Position numbers and translations under genes: made by a program. A model generated the notes under the pieces. The model saw only the letters and a list, made by a program, of their open reading frames with translations. It was not told the DNA's origin and searched no databases. 64,000 nt of DNA. Origin: Ignavibacteriota bacterium (GTDB lineage Bacteria; Bacteroidota; Ignavibacteria; UBA10030; CAVZMI01). The stretch lies in contig CAVZMI010000023.1 of the NCBI GenBank assembly GCA_963776275.1, positions 416,001 through 480,000 of the forward strand. The letters are read 5' to 3'. The stretch's first letter is position 1. Each line of letters starts with the position of its first letter. Below, piece after piece: positions 25,481 through 37,800 of this stretch.

Positions 25481-26671
25481 CAGTGGCTACGAAGATATTC
25501 AATAGTAAGATAAGCAAAGTATCCGGCGCCGGTTTTCATTGCGTCCTCATCGATGGTGAAGTACGGCGTGTGAAGATCATGAACAAATCCTCTTCGTTTA
25601 TTCGCAACCCCGAGCCGGAATAAAACTCCGGGAACTTTCTGTAAGAAATATCCAAACGTCTCGGCTGTCATCACAGGACTCAACTCCAGAACTTTTTTTT
25701 CCCCTACAAAATCAATCGCACACTTCCGGGCAAACGACGTTATCGCTGAATCATTTATCACAGCACATGCCCCGTCGAGAAATTCGATGCTGGCCCTTCC
25801 GCCTTGCGAATGCACTATCCCTTCTGCCATCCGCTTGATTAGATGCTGTGATTCCTTTCGCCACTGCTCGTTCATCGTCCGGAGTGTCCCGCATATCTGC
25901 ACTTCCTCCGGGATTATATTCTGTGCATCGCCCCCGTGAATTTTTCCGAAGGTCAATACCGACGGATCGTTCGGATGACGGTGACGACTGATGATAGTCT
26001 GAAGTCCGATAATAATCTGCGCTGCAATCATAATCGGATCTATGGCGCGATGCGGCTGTGAAGCATGGGCACTCTTGCCGTGAATTGTAATGGTCACTTC
26101 GTCGGCTGCAGCCATCATGGGGCCTTCAATAAAACCAAGTGCCCCCGACTGTAAGCCCGGATCGACATGAAGGCCAAAGATTACATCGACAGCAGGATTT
26201 TTAAGCACGCCTTTCTTTACCATTGCCTGAGCCCCCGGCGGATTTCTTTCTTCGCTCGGCTCAAAAAAAAATTTTACATTTCCCCTGATATTCTCCCGTA
26301 AAGACGAAAGCAACCATCGCTGCACCCAAAACCATTGTGGTATGTGCATCATGACCGCAAGCATGCATTATTCCATCCACTGTCGAGCGAAAATTGAATT
26401 TATTTTGCTCTTTTATCGGCAGGGCATCCATATCGCCGCGAATAGCAAGGGTTCGACCCTTCGTCGAACCTTTGATTAACCCGACAACTCCCGTTTTCGC
26501 TATTCCCGTCCATACTTCAACCCCGATCTTCCGTAACTCCGAGGCGATTAGCTCTGATGTGCGCACTTCTTGATAGCCGAGTTCAGGGTGGGCGTGAATA
26601 TTGCGCCTTATCTCAACTAACCGGGGAAAAATATTTTCAACTTCTGCCTTGATTTGTCGGTGCAAATCCAT
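25480..26671 (-). CDS. M20D-family amidohydrolase (frameshift near 26313)
   Basis: HAHPELGYQE, RGDMDALP, MHACGHD; ORFs 26261..26728 and 25480..26364 join. Confidence 0.9.
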
Positions 26672-26864
26672 GGATATCTCTTCATGGTTTTCGTCTTTGT
26701 AATCTAAGAAAAATCGGCCAAAAATCAATGCAATTGCTTTTCGATCGTCAACTTCCTATATTTTTTTCGTTATGTTTCACTCGATGAAACAAACAGCATT
26801 CGTCGAACGTCGGGAAATCAGCAGCTCGGGTATCTACCATTAACAATCATATAAGGGGGATTTT

Positions 26865-28695
26865 ATGAAATCGCATATTCTTCCTTTCATCGGGTTCTCC
26901 CTCTGTCTCGTCTCATTCTGTCACGGACAGTATTACGGTGAACGGGCGCTTGAGAGATCGTTCGAGCAGAACGAATTTTTCTTCTCCCAGGTGTATTTAA
27001 ATCCGTTTGGAATGCGGGGCCTTCAATCTGTCGCACCGGGAGTATTCAATGACCCTCTGCTGAAACTCCAAATAAATCCGGCATATCTGTATCACGATTC
27101 CTTATCCACGAATTATGTTTACGCCGATTTTCGGAGCGGCCGGGAAGTAGCCCAGGAAGATGTCTACAGTTATCCCAGGCCAATGTATTATGGGGATGCT
27201 GTAAAATCTATGTATTACATTCCATATCCTCAATTCTATGTTTCATCGCGGCGGGAATTGGAACCTGTGTTTTCATGCGCTATCTTGGCACGACCTCTGC
27301 CTTCAACTCTTCCCGATCTCTATATCGGTGGAACGTATCAATTATTGTTCCAGGACGAAAAATATTACGCGATCCCTCAGGACATCTACCGATCAGCGTA
27401 CGGCGTCGACTACGCCGGAAAAGAATTGACCGATTCTCGAAACGTCCCTATCGTGGATAAATATTCCGGTGCCGATAATATGCATCAAAAAGGACATTTC
27501 GGTTCCCTCTACCTTGGTTATGCAGCGACTCCATCACTGGATGTCGGTGCTCGCCTGGCTCGTGCCATTTTTAAACGCGACGGTTCTTCCGGATCAAAAA
27601 ATGTATGGGAGAATACCTCCATAGCAAATTCAAACTCGGAATGGTACAATATGGAGTCGAGAGATCAAAGTTATAATCATTGGGACTTTGGCGGAGGCAT
27701 CAATTATAGATTTGCGAATGCGACTCGCCTCGGCATTAGCGGTAATTATCTATGGGGCGATGCGGTACAGAACCTCACCCGTCTCGACACATCGTATTAT
27801 GACTACAGCGATCAACAATCCTCGAATTATTGGAGTAAAAGCAGAAGATACGCTTCGACCGTCCAACATTGGGATCACAATGGAAAAACTTACAGCCTCG
27901 GCCTCAATCTTGATGCTCCAATCAATGAATCACAGATGTTTCATGCATTTTATCGATATCAAAAACAAAATACCGATATCTTTCTGGGTTCAGCAATCAT
28001 CGACTCGTCATCATATTCCTATCGATACACCTGGGACACGACATATTACGGCAGTGAATCTCAATATCTGCTCAGTGATTCCAGGACAGGAAGCGGGTCC
28101 ATAGAGACAGCCATTCATCGGGTAATGGGGTCGATAGAATGGATGATGGAACAGACAATGAAACTTGATATTGGACTATTATATGAGTCGCAATCATCTG
28201 AAACTACCACTGATGAACCGGTTGCTGCCATTCACTACTCCAGTTCGGATTACCGGTTCAATTCGAACCGCTCCAATTATCTGGACGCCGGCGATGAAAG
28301 AAAAAATATCCAATGGACACTTCACAGCCAAACGTCATTCATTCCAGATCCCGATTTTCTTCACATGGAGTATTACACCTGTTTTCGAACTCCTTGTTGG
28401 ATTAAATAAAGAATACTCCGAATGGGAGACAGAAGAAGTCACATTAGCAATATTTCAATATCGTCTGAAAACAGATCTTTCCGGCACGACCACTGAAACC
28501 GATTTCGGCGAACGGTATACACAACCATCGGAGAGTATTACCGATCAAAAAACGACATTCCTTGCAGGACTCACCGTCTCGCCGTCGAAAGATTTCAGCG
28601 CCCGGTTGTTGATCAGCCCGATAGAAAAAAAGCAGACCTACGGCGACACCAAAACGGAATACCAGTGGTGGATTGGAGTGACATTACATCCATGA
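26865..28695 (+). CDS. Exported Tyr/Ser-rich probable outer-membrane beta-barrel protein (frameshift near 28340)
   Basis: Signal peptide, alternating beta-strand pattern, C-terminal YQWWIGVTLHP; two overlapping ORFs join. Confidence 0.6.
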
Positions 28696-28832
28696 ATATT
28701 TAAATGACTTTATCGAAAGAAAAATTAAAAAGTAAAAAGTAAAAAAAGTTATCCCGAGCGAACATTTCTCTATTCATTTTACTTTTTTAATTTTTATTTT
28801 TTCCTTTTTAATTTGTAAATTTACGATTTGAT

Positions 28833-29558
28833 TTGTCTACCAGCGAATTGAATATTATATTCGAAGATGCCGACCTTCTTGCGATCAATAAACCGGCGGG
28901 ACTGCTGGTTATCCCCGACCGGTACAGGAAGGATATCCCGAACCTCCGGGATCTCCTGATCGCAAAATACGGGAATATTTTTGTTGTGCATCGGCTTGAT
29001 AAAGAAACGAGTGGTATTCTCATCTTTGCCAAGAATGCAGCCACACACAAACACCTGAACGATCAATTCACCGGCCATGCAATCGATAAAGTCTACCTTG
29101 CACTCGTCCGGGGTCGTCTTCAACATACAGCAGGATCGATAAAATTCTCTATCGCCCCGCATCCGAAGAAACCGGCAATGATGGCGGTCGATCAGGGCGG
29201 GAAAATTTCGATCACGGATTATGAGGTCAGAGAGGCATTCCGAGATTACACACTGGTCGAAGCACGTCCACATACCGGACGATTGCATCAGATCCGAGTC
29301 CATTTCGCAGCTTTCGGACATCCGCTCGCGATCGATCGTCTCTATGGATCTCATGAACCTATATTTCTATCGTCCATCAAGTCCGATTACAAGCCATCGG
29401 GAAACCGTGAATTACCACTGATCGATCGACTGACGCTACACGCCGAGAGTATCACATTCTACCATCCTGCCTCACCTGTGGAGCCCCGGACACTCAGTGC
29501 ACTTCTTCCAAAGGATTTCGAGACTGTGATACAGCAGCTGCGGAAATACAACAAATGA
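28833..29558 (+). CDS. RluA-family pseudouridine synthase
   Basis: NKPAGL, VHRLDKETSG, TGRLHQIRVH, LHA. Confidence 0.95.
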   Translation: MSTSELNIIFEDADLLAINKPAGLLVIPDRYRKDIPNLRDLLIAKYGNIFVVHRLDKETSGILIFAKNAATHKHLNDQFTGHAIDKVYLALVRGRLQHTAGSIKFSIAPHPKKPAMMAVDQGGKISITDYEVREAFRDYTLVEARPHTGRLHQIRVHFAAFGHPLAIDRLYGSHEPIFLSSIKSDYKPSGNRELPLIDRLTLHAESITFYHPASPVEPRTLSALLPKDFETVIQQLRKYNK

Positions 29559-29591
29559 ATACCAAGATAGGCGGTGAGAACCACGTCGTGG

Positions 29592-30137
29592 TTATTTGAT
29601 CTTCTCAAACTTCAACGCCACCGAGTTGATACAAAACCGTAACTCGGTCGGTTTCGGCCCATCTTCAAAAACATGACCGAGATGCGCGCCGCAGCGGCTG
29701 CAAAGGACTTCCGTCCGTATCATAAAGAAGCTTGTATCGGTTTTCAGGATAATATTTTCGCCGGCTACCGGTTGAAAGAAACTCGGCCAGCCTGTGCCGG
29801 ATTCGAACTTTACATCGGAAATGAACAGGTCATTTCCGCAACACACGCATCGATAGATCCCCTTATCGTGATTATTCAGAAAATGGCCCGTAAACGCACA
29901 TTCTGTAGCTTCATGACGAGTGACTTCAAATTGCTCCGGAGTTAGAATTCTTCGCCATTCTTCGTCCGATTTATTGATTTTTTCTAACTCAATATATCCT
30001 TTCTTTTCTATCGAATATACCTTGATCATCTTCCCATCCTTTTTCTTACTGACCTCGATGTTCTGCTGCTGAGAGGTCGCCGGTATTGCTAAACTTCCAG
30101 CTACTATTATCATAAAAATTATTCTTATAACCTTCAT
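29592..30137 (-). CDS. msrB: Peptide-methionine (R)-S-oxide reductase with signal peptide
   Basis: CVCC/CSRC Zn motifs, SGTGWPSF, HLGHVF, RFCINS. Confidence 0.95.
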   Translation of the reverse strand: MKVIRIIFMIIVAGSLAIPATSQQQNIEVSKKKDGKMIKVYSIEKKGYIELEKINKSDEEWRRILTPEQFEVTRHEATECAFTGHFLNNHDKGIYRCVCCGNDLFISDVKFESGTGWPSFFQPVAGENIILKTDTSFFMIRTEVLCSRCGAHLGHVFEDGPKPTELRFCINSVALKFEKIK

Positions 30138-30271
30138 ATAATTATCAATGATTTAAAACTTGTAATTTATCACTTTATCATTAACGACCGTGAAGGCTTT
30201 TAAGTTTCCTTCTTGCTTCAATAATAAACTTTCTGTACAATACTTCACCATAATCATTTCAGAGATGGAGA

Positions 30272-31138
30272 ATGGCAAAATATATAGCTGTCATTGGCGC
30301 TGGTACAATCGGAAAAGATATCGCACGAGCTATAGCCCTCGCACAGATTGATGTGATGCTCTACGATATTAACGACACTATTCTCCGGCGTTCGATCGAG
30401 ACAATCAAGGAGGATCTCCAGCAGCAGGTCAAACAGAAGACGATAACCGGCGACGAATTGAAGGTGTTAGTCGGGCGTATCCGGCCGAAAACAGAGTTGA
30501 AAGCGCTCGGCCACTCCGATATAGTCATCGAGACAACGCATGAGGATATGCGGGTAAAAAAAGATCTCTTCAAAAAGCTCGAAGATATTTGCAGGCTCAA
30601 TACAATCCTCGCAACCAATTCTTCATCTCTCTCGATCACGGCGATTGCCTCGGCATGCAAACTCCGCCATAAAATCGTCGGAATGCATTTTTTCCACCCG
30701 GCCCATATAATGAAACTGGTCGAAGTAGTCCGGGGAAGTGAGACATCGGATGTAACGGTCAAAGCCGTCGTTGAACTTGCCACACGAATGGGGAAAACAC
30801 CGGTTGTTGTCGGTGATACGCCGGGATTGATTGTCGATCGAATTCAGCGGCTTTACTTCGGTGAAGCGCTCCGGCTTCTCAATGAAAACGTTGCAACCGC
30901 AGAAGAAATCGACCGTATCGTCCGGCTGGAAGGTGGATTTCCATTGGGGCCTTTCATGACACTCGATCAGGTCGGCATCGACACCGATTTTGCCCTGACA
31001 CAATCGATATACAACCAGTACTACCATATTCCCCGCTACCGGCCACATCCTCTTCAGAAAAAAATGGTTGAGGCAGGGATGCTCGGCGTAAAAACAGAGA
31101 TCGGTTTTTTCAAACACGAACGCAGATTCAAGGTATAA
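30272..31138 (+). CDS. 3-hydroxyacyl-CoA dehydrogenase family protein
   Basis: GAGTIG, ATNSSSLSI, GMHFF, GFPLGPF. Confidence 0.9.
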   Translation: MAKYIAVIGAGTIGKDIARAIALAQIDVMLYDINDTILRRSIETIKEDLQQQVKQKTITGDELKVLVGRIRPKTELKALGHSDIVIETTHEDMRVKKDLFKKLEDICRLNTILATNSSSLSITAIASACKLRHKIVGMHFFHPAHIMKLVEVVRGSETSDVTVKAVVELATRMGKTPVVVGDTPGLIVDRIQRLYFGEALRLLNENVATAEEIDRIVRLEGGFPLGPFMTLDQVGIDTDFALTQSIYNQYYHIPRYRPHPLQKKMVEAGMLGVKTEIGFFKHERRFKV

Positions 31139-31139
31139 A

Positions 31140-31888
31140 ATGGATGCGAAAATATATATCCTCGGTGAGCCTATTCTTGTGAACGAGTATGCCGCAGTGT
31201 GTGCCGGGCATGGCTATACTGTCGCTTTGCAGTATGCGACAAACGATCCCCATCAACCCGGTATCAAACAGAAGAATATTACCAGGACAAATACACCTCC
31301 GAAAAATACCACGATTGCTATTGAGCTAACGAACTGCAATCATACGCAGAAGAAAAAAAATATTCAGATACTGGACAAGGCCCTTTCACCGTCGGCGATT
31401 GTACTTTACTCAGCGATTACCATCACAGCAACAGAGTGTGCACAATGGATTAGAAAATCGCGAGTGTGTGCCGGCATCAGTGCATTTCCGACCCTGATAA
31501 ATAATAAACTTGTCGAACTCTCGGTACCGGCCCATCATACCGATAAGGGTATAGCCGATGTCCGTACGTTCTTCGCCTCTCTTGAAAAAGAGACAGCACT
31601 TGTCGATGATCGAATCGGTATGGTGATGCCGCGAATCCTTGCACAGGTTATCAATGAAGCCATTATTGCTACAACACAACAGCTCGCATCTCCGATGGCG
31701 ATCGATGCCGCGATGAAACTCGGTTCCGATTACCCGCACAGGTCGCCATAGAATGGCTCGATAACATAACCGCATTGCAGGTGGTCGCGGTCCTCGACGC
31801 ACTGCATCACGATACCGGCGACGAAAGGTATGCCGCTGCTCCGCTGCTTCGCAAAATGGCGGCGGCCGGTGAATTCTGGAAAAAATAA
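31140..31888 (+). CDS. Degenerate 3-hydroxyacyl-CoA dehydrogenase-like protein (frameshift near 31745)
   Basis: RILAQVINEA, IDAAMKLG; continues IEWLD...RYAAAPLLRKM to TAA at 31888. Confidence 0.75.
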
Positions 31889-31957
31889 TAAAAGCTTATA
31901 CACTTTATCACTAAAGTTCACATCAAAAATTCGATTTTTCAATGAAAGGATTTACAT

Positions 31958-32437
31958 ATGTCCCGTGAAGAATATACGGCTCTGGTTTCGAAATACGCCG
32001 AAGCGTATGAGAAACTCAAAGACATAATCGCCGGGCTCAATGCAGAGGAAATGCTTGCTAAACCCGCCCCAGGAAAATGGTGCATCCAGGAGATTCTCTT
32101 TCATCTCATGGATAGCGAAATTGTGGCCGTCGAACGAATCAAACGGATCATAGCCGAGGAAAATCCGTTTCTTCCTTCATACGATCAGGAAAAATTTGCA
32201 GCGCACCTTCAGTACACTGCACTCGATCCGAAAGGAGCCATCGTGACGTTCGGTATGCTCCGCGAAACCACAAGCGCTCTCCTCGCGATGCTGTCTGACG
32301 AAACCTGGAATCGAAAAGGGAATCATGAACAACGAGGATCGATAACTCTCGTCGAATATTTTAGACTGATGGTGACGCACGGCGAAAAACATATCGATCA
32401 GATTCTCGCAATCCGGAAGAACATTCTGCATAAATGA
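31958..32437 (+). CDS. DinB/YfiT family protein
   Basis: PGKWCIQEILFHL, HGEKHIDQI. Confidence 0.88.
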   Translation: MSREEYTALVSKYAEAYEKLKDIIAGLNAEEMLAKPAPGKWCIQEILFHLMDSEIVAVERIKRIIAEENPFLPSYDQEKFAAHLQYTALDPKGAIVTFGMLRETTSALLAMLSDETWNRKGNHEQRGSITLVEYFRLMVTHGEKHIDQILAIRKNILHK

Positions 32438-32584
32438 CGCATCGGTTTTTCTATACTTGAGGATGATATTGAAATCTCGTATCTTCTCATCCGTCACCAG
32501 TCTTTTCCATTCAATGGAGGGTTTGAGCATGCAATCTGTGTCTTTCTTTCTCCGTATCGTTTAACCAAAATAAAGGTTCTGCAA

Positions 32585-32914
32585 ATGGATAAAAATCTCG
32601 TCACAACCGCTTTTACAGTCGATGGATACAGAATCATAAGAAATTTAGGACTCGTCCGCGGTATCACGGTACGTTCGCGATCGATTTTCGGCACTATCGG
32701 TGCGGCGTTCCAAACACTCGGCGGCGGTAATATTTCACTCTTTACTGAATTATGTGAGCGGGCCAGAGAAGAAGCATTCGAAGTAATGCTCCTACATGCT
32801 CAGCAGATGGGAGCAAACGCCATTGTCGGAATGCGATACGATGCAAATAATGTCATGGACGGTGTAACAGAAGTTCTTGCATACGGGACAGCCGTCGTTG
32901 TCGAAAAAATTTGA
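32585..32914 (+). CDS. YbjQ/UPF0145 family protein
   Basis: [26 protein letters not shown]. Confidence 0.92.
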   Translation: MDKNLVTTAFTVDGYRIIRNLGLVRGITVRSRSIFGTIGAAFQTLGGGNISLFTELCERAREEAFEVMLLHAQQMGANAIVGMRYDANNVMDGVTEVLAYGTAVVVEKI

Positions 32915-32936
32915 TCATTTTGAATGGAATCATCCT

Positions 32937-34655
32937 ATGGATATTTCAAATAAGGCGGTTCTCGTTCTAGGCGGATGGGGCCTTGTCGGCTCGGCAATCT
33001 GCCGGAAGTTGATGCTGCATTCACCGAAGAGAATCATCGTCACCTCGCTGATGAAATCCGAAGCTCTGGAAGCCGTGGCGCAATTGCGCACCGAATATCC
33101 CAAGATGCGGAAGAATTTTTTTATCCCATGGTGGGGAAATATTTTTGTCCGTCATGAATTCAAGGATATGAACCGGGAAGAAATTCTTTCTGATCATAAA
33201 AACCGGATAAAATTCATCGAAGACATTATCGAGGAGCTCACCCCCGAGCTGTTCGAACGTTCGGCACTCTATCAGCTTCTGCTGAAGTATAAACCGGATA
33301 TCGTTATCGATTGTATCAATTCAGCGACAGCGATCGCCTATCAGGATATTTTTCAGGCTGCACGATCCGTTGTGCATGCACTTCATGAATCGGAGAAATC
33401 GAAAAAAACGGCCGACACGCTGTTCGAAGAAACCGAACGCCTTCTCTGCACACTCTATATCCCGCAGTTGATACGACACGTTCAAATTCTTTACCGGTCG
33501 ATGAACCTGGCGGGGACGAAGGTCTTCGTTAAAATCGGAACGAGCGGCACGGGCGGTATGGGATTGAATATCCCGTACACACACAGCGAAGAACGCCCTT
33601 CCCGTGTCCTTCTAAGCAAATCAGCTGTCGCAGGGGCGCATACGCTTCTTATGTTCCTGATGGGACGGACTCCCGATGCGCCGATCACCAAGGAAATCAA
33701 ACCTACGGCCGCAATAGCATGGAAAAAGATTGCCTTTGGAGAGGTGAAGAAACGCGGGAAAGCGGTTCCGCTTGTCGATTGTCCCGTTGAACATGGCGTA
33801 ACGCTGAAAGGAACGCTGAAGTTAAGGATGGACAATGCCGGACTGCCGGTGAACGAGACATTAAAGTCTGTTTTTATCGATACCGGCGAGAACGGCATTT
33901 TTTCACGCGGTGAGTTCGAAGCCATATCCACTCCCGGCCAGATGGAGTTTGTAACACCGGAGGAAATCGCCGAGGATGTGTTATTCGAAATTCGCGGCGG
34001 CAACACAGGACACGACATCATCAATGCTCTTGACAATGCGACGCTGGAACCGACATATCGGGCGGGTTTTCTTTTCAACAGCGCAATGAACAAGATGAAA
34101 CAGCTGGAGAAGGAACACAATGTGAGCAGTATTGCCTTTGAGATGCTCGGTCCGCCGCGATTATCAAAATTACTCCACGAGGCCAATCTCCTCAGGATCG
34201 GGTACAGTGACGTGAAATTGGTTCTCCAGACCGATGCACGGAATCTTTCGGCGAAACTATCCGAGATCGTTCAGACAAATTCCGATCTCCGGACGCAGAT
34301 CATTTCCATTGGAATTCCCATTCTCATGCCCGACGGAAAAACACTCCTCCGTGGAAATGAAATCAAGGTGCCTTCCCGACCGAGTAGGGAAGAGAACGAG
34401 CTGAAAATCACTTCGGCGGCAATCGATACCTGGGCGCACGACGGCTGGGTTGATCTTCGTCCTGAGAATATGAATACCTGGAAGAAGAGACTCTCTTTAA
34501 TTGTAAATGAGGTCATGAGCCTTTCAGAGACGGACACGAGTTCCCGGTTTATGCGGACGTCCGAGTACTGGGATCGGTTCCAATCCATCGATCCCGGGAA
34601 GATTGTCGGCTGGATATTCACGGAGGAAGAAAAAGGGCTGCGAATGAAGTCTTAA
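32937..34655 (+). CDS. Large Rossmann-fold (SDR-like) protein of unknown function
   Basis: VLVLGGWGLVG dinucleotide motif; start re-called at MDIS. Confidence 0.7.
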   Translation: MDISNKAVLVLGGWGLVGSAICRKLMLHSPKRIIVTSLMKSEALEAVAQLRTEYPKMRKNFFIPWWGNIFVRHEFKDMNREEILSDHKNRIKFIEDIIEELTPELFERSALYQLLLKYKPDIVIDCINSATAIAYQDIFQAARSVVHALHESEKSKKTADTLFEETERLLCTLYIPQLIRHVQILYRSMNLAGTKVFVKIGTSGTGGMGLNIPYTHSEERPSRVLLSKSAVAGAHTLLMFLMGRTPDAPITKEIKPTAAIAWKKIAFGEVKKRGKAVPLVDCPVEHGVTLKGTLKLRMDNAGLPVNETLKSVFIDTGENGIFSRGEFEAISTPGQMEFVTPEEIAEDVLFEIRGGNTGHDIINALDNATLEPTYRAGFLFNSAMNKMKQLEKEHNVSSIAFEMLGPPRLSKLLHEANLLRIGYSDVKLVLQTDARNLSAKLSEIVQTNSDLRTQIISIGIPILMPDGKTLLRGNEIKVPSRPSREENELKITSAAIDTWAHDGWVDLRPENMNTWKKRLSLIVNEVMSLSETDTSSRFMRTSEYWDRFQSIDPGKIVGWIFTEEEKGLRMKS

Positions 34656-34876
34656 CTCTTTTACAAAAGAAAAATTTTAAAATATCAATGATGTCATTCC
34701 AGCGTGCCGACCGTGTCCTGCATTCATCGAGCCGGATTAGTCCTCTGTAAGAGAATTATCTATTTGACTGACAGTGGAATTTTTGCGGTATTCGAACCAA
34801 AGTACAGCCCGGCAATTCAATTCCGTAATAATAATTCACTTCTCTTCTTCAGAAAAAATCTATATCTTGTAGTGCT

Positions 34877-37800
34877 TTGAATTATTTTTATTACTCACAT
34901 AACTTTGGATACGCGATGGCGGTACCATCTTCAAAAACGATTCATTATCCAGTATACAGTCGTGTCCGATATTTATGCAAGACTATCATACTTATTCCGT
35001 GTATTTTTTTCTGTTTTACTTCAACCGGACGTGCGCAGGACTACCAAACTAAGAACGTCCTTATCCTTGTCGAAGGAAATACAGATCTGAAAAACCGTGC
35101 CATGGGCGACGGCCGTCAACTTGCAGCACTGATGGGACATTTTAATACCGTAACAACCGTTAAAGGAGTCAATCAATATACCCCAAATGAGCTCGAGATA
35201 TACGACATCACGTTCTACATCGGTTTCACTGCAACGAATTCTGTCCCGGCAAAATTCCTCAATGATGTTTTTTCCACTTCGAAAGATATTTTTTGGATCA
35301 ATACAGGATTCATTGATTTTTGCAGGCGATATCCCGTCCGAAAAAAATTCGGATTTTCAGTCGCTAATCTCGATTCGGTGAGCGTCTTTGACGAAGTACA
35401 GGTTGGCTCGAAAATGTTCGGAAAAGGGGAACCGATCACCGCGGTCATAGAGATTTCCGAACGGAATGCCGTGTCGATTCTTGCAACCGCGGTCTCATCA
35501 CGCCGCCACCGCGATACGCCCTATCTTGTCAAATCACGCAACCTTACTTTTATCGCAGATTCACCCTTTGCATCGGCTAGTGAAAGCGATCGTTACATAT
35601 ACTTCGCCGATTTACTGCACGATGTGCTGCAACAGCCACACGAGCAGTCACACTCGGCACTGTTACGTATCGAGGATGTTACCCCGCTGGATAATCCAGA
35701 TCGCTTGAGAGACATTGCCGATTTCCTTTCCGGACGCGATATCCCTTTTCTTGTGGGTGTGATTCCATTCTATGTCGATCCATCGGCAGGAATTCGTGTC
35801 AGTCTCTCCGATAAGCCCGACATGGTCGATGCTCTCAAGTATATGGTTAAGAACGGCGGCACTATTGTGATGCACGGTGTAACCCATCAATACAAAGGCA
35901 CCACTGCAGTCGATTTTGAATTCTGGGATGAGATGACGAATAAACCGATTAAAGATGAAACACCCGAATACATCGCACACAAACTCGAGACAGGCATTCA
36001 GGAATTCATGCGGAACGGTCTCAACCCTTTAATCTGGGAAACACCCCATTATACCGCCTCGTTCACGCTGTATTCGACGGTAGCAAAATATTTCAGTACA
36101 GCATGCGAACAACGCTTGTCGATAGAGGATTTTGATTACAGTCAGCAATTTCCATATGTAATTCAGAAGGATCTTTTCGGTCAACGTATTTATCCAGAAA
36201 ATCTAGGGTACGTCCCCCTCGATTCCAATAAGGATGTCAGCCGCGGGTACGTTGAGACAATCATTAAGAATGCAAAGATAAATCTTGCTGTTCGTGACGG
36301 ATTCGCCACCGCATTTTTTCACTCGTTTCTCGATATCGACTTGCTGGAGGAGCTCGTTAACGGTATCCAGAAAGCAGGCTACACATATATAGATCTGAGT
36401 GAACATGTAAACTGGGTCAAGACGAAAGATCGTATAATTCTCTCCGGAAATCAGGATTATACTCTCGAGCTCAACGATCAATACCTTCTTGAAACATATT
36501 ATGATCATAACGGCGAAATAAAAGACCAGAAGATCTCGGAGAAACGGATACTGGGAAAAGTTACAAAATCGATTATCCTTGAACCGGGCGAGTTCTACAA
36601 AGCGGAACCGACGGAATTCCGCGAACGCCCGGCAACGATTGTCGATAATGTTGTCCATCAGGCAGAAAAACTCTATGAATCGATATTTACATCCGAGGAA
36701 AGCTGGTCTGATGCCCGCGTGGCAATTCTCTGGAATCATTTTGCAAAAGGTGCGGCCTTTAACGATCAGGCCTCATTCGCTGAGGTGTTTCGGGCGGTAA
36801 ATATCAACGTCGATACAATTTTTGTCGGCCAGCCCATACATCTCTCTGCCTGTAATTTACTGATCGTCCCATACGCTTTTGTCGATTCATTGAAACACAC
36901 TGATTATGACATTCTCACCCAGTTCGTGAATCAAGGTGGAGACATCATTACCGATACACGAAACGATCTCGCGGAGGAGCTCGGCATTCAGTTTACGCCA
37001 ACACGTCTCCGTGTCAGCCACATACGCGATCGTTTTTTTCCCGAGGAACGAATTGCCTGGCAATATCCGGAGCTTGTGACGAAATTCGAAACATCGGATA
37101 TCGATGAAGTATTTTGTTCCGACGAGGTTACGGAGGCTCCTCTGGTCATCGGAAAAAAGGTGGGGAAAGGACGGTTCATTTTCTTTGCAACCCGTTTCGA
37201 TTCATATTCACAGTATGGCACAAGTCAATATCCATACTTGCTTGAATATGTCAGGAAATATTTCCATGTCCGCCCCATCGTCCGGCGCGATTTGCTCGAA
37301 GTCTATTTCGATCCGGGATTCAGGCACACCTACAGTATTGAACAACTGGTGAGACAATGGGTAAATTCCGGGATCCGGACCGTTCAAGTAGCAGGCTGGC
37401 ACGAGTATCCAAAATACACATATGATTATGAGCGATTGATACGCCTGGCCCATGCAAACGGTATCCTGGTATATCTCTGGATCGAACCGCCACAGGTGAG
37501 TCAGAAATTCTGGGCTGAACATCCCGAATGGCGTGAGAAGAACTATAAGATGGAAGATGTCCGTCCTTCGTGGCGCTATCCGGTTTCTTTGACCGATGAC
37601 AAATGCCTTGCGGCGATGGTGAACGAATATAAAAACCTTCTTGACCAATTCGACTGGGATGGTGTCAACCTTGCAGAATTATATTTTGAAGCAGCCAAGG
37701 GATTCGACGATGCAAAATATTTCACACCGATGCATCCTTCGGCACAAAAAGAGATTAAGAACAGATACGGAATCGATCTCACGGCAATTTTCAATCCGCA

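Noticed and set aside
34656-34876. Riboswitch (e.g. c-di-GMP) upstream of the polysaccharide genes
   Set aside because: No recognisable aptamer consensus on either strand by eye; an Rfam scan would be needed
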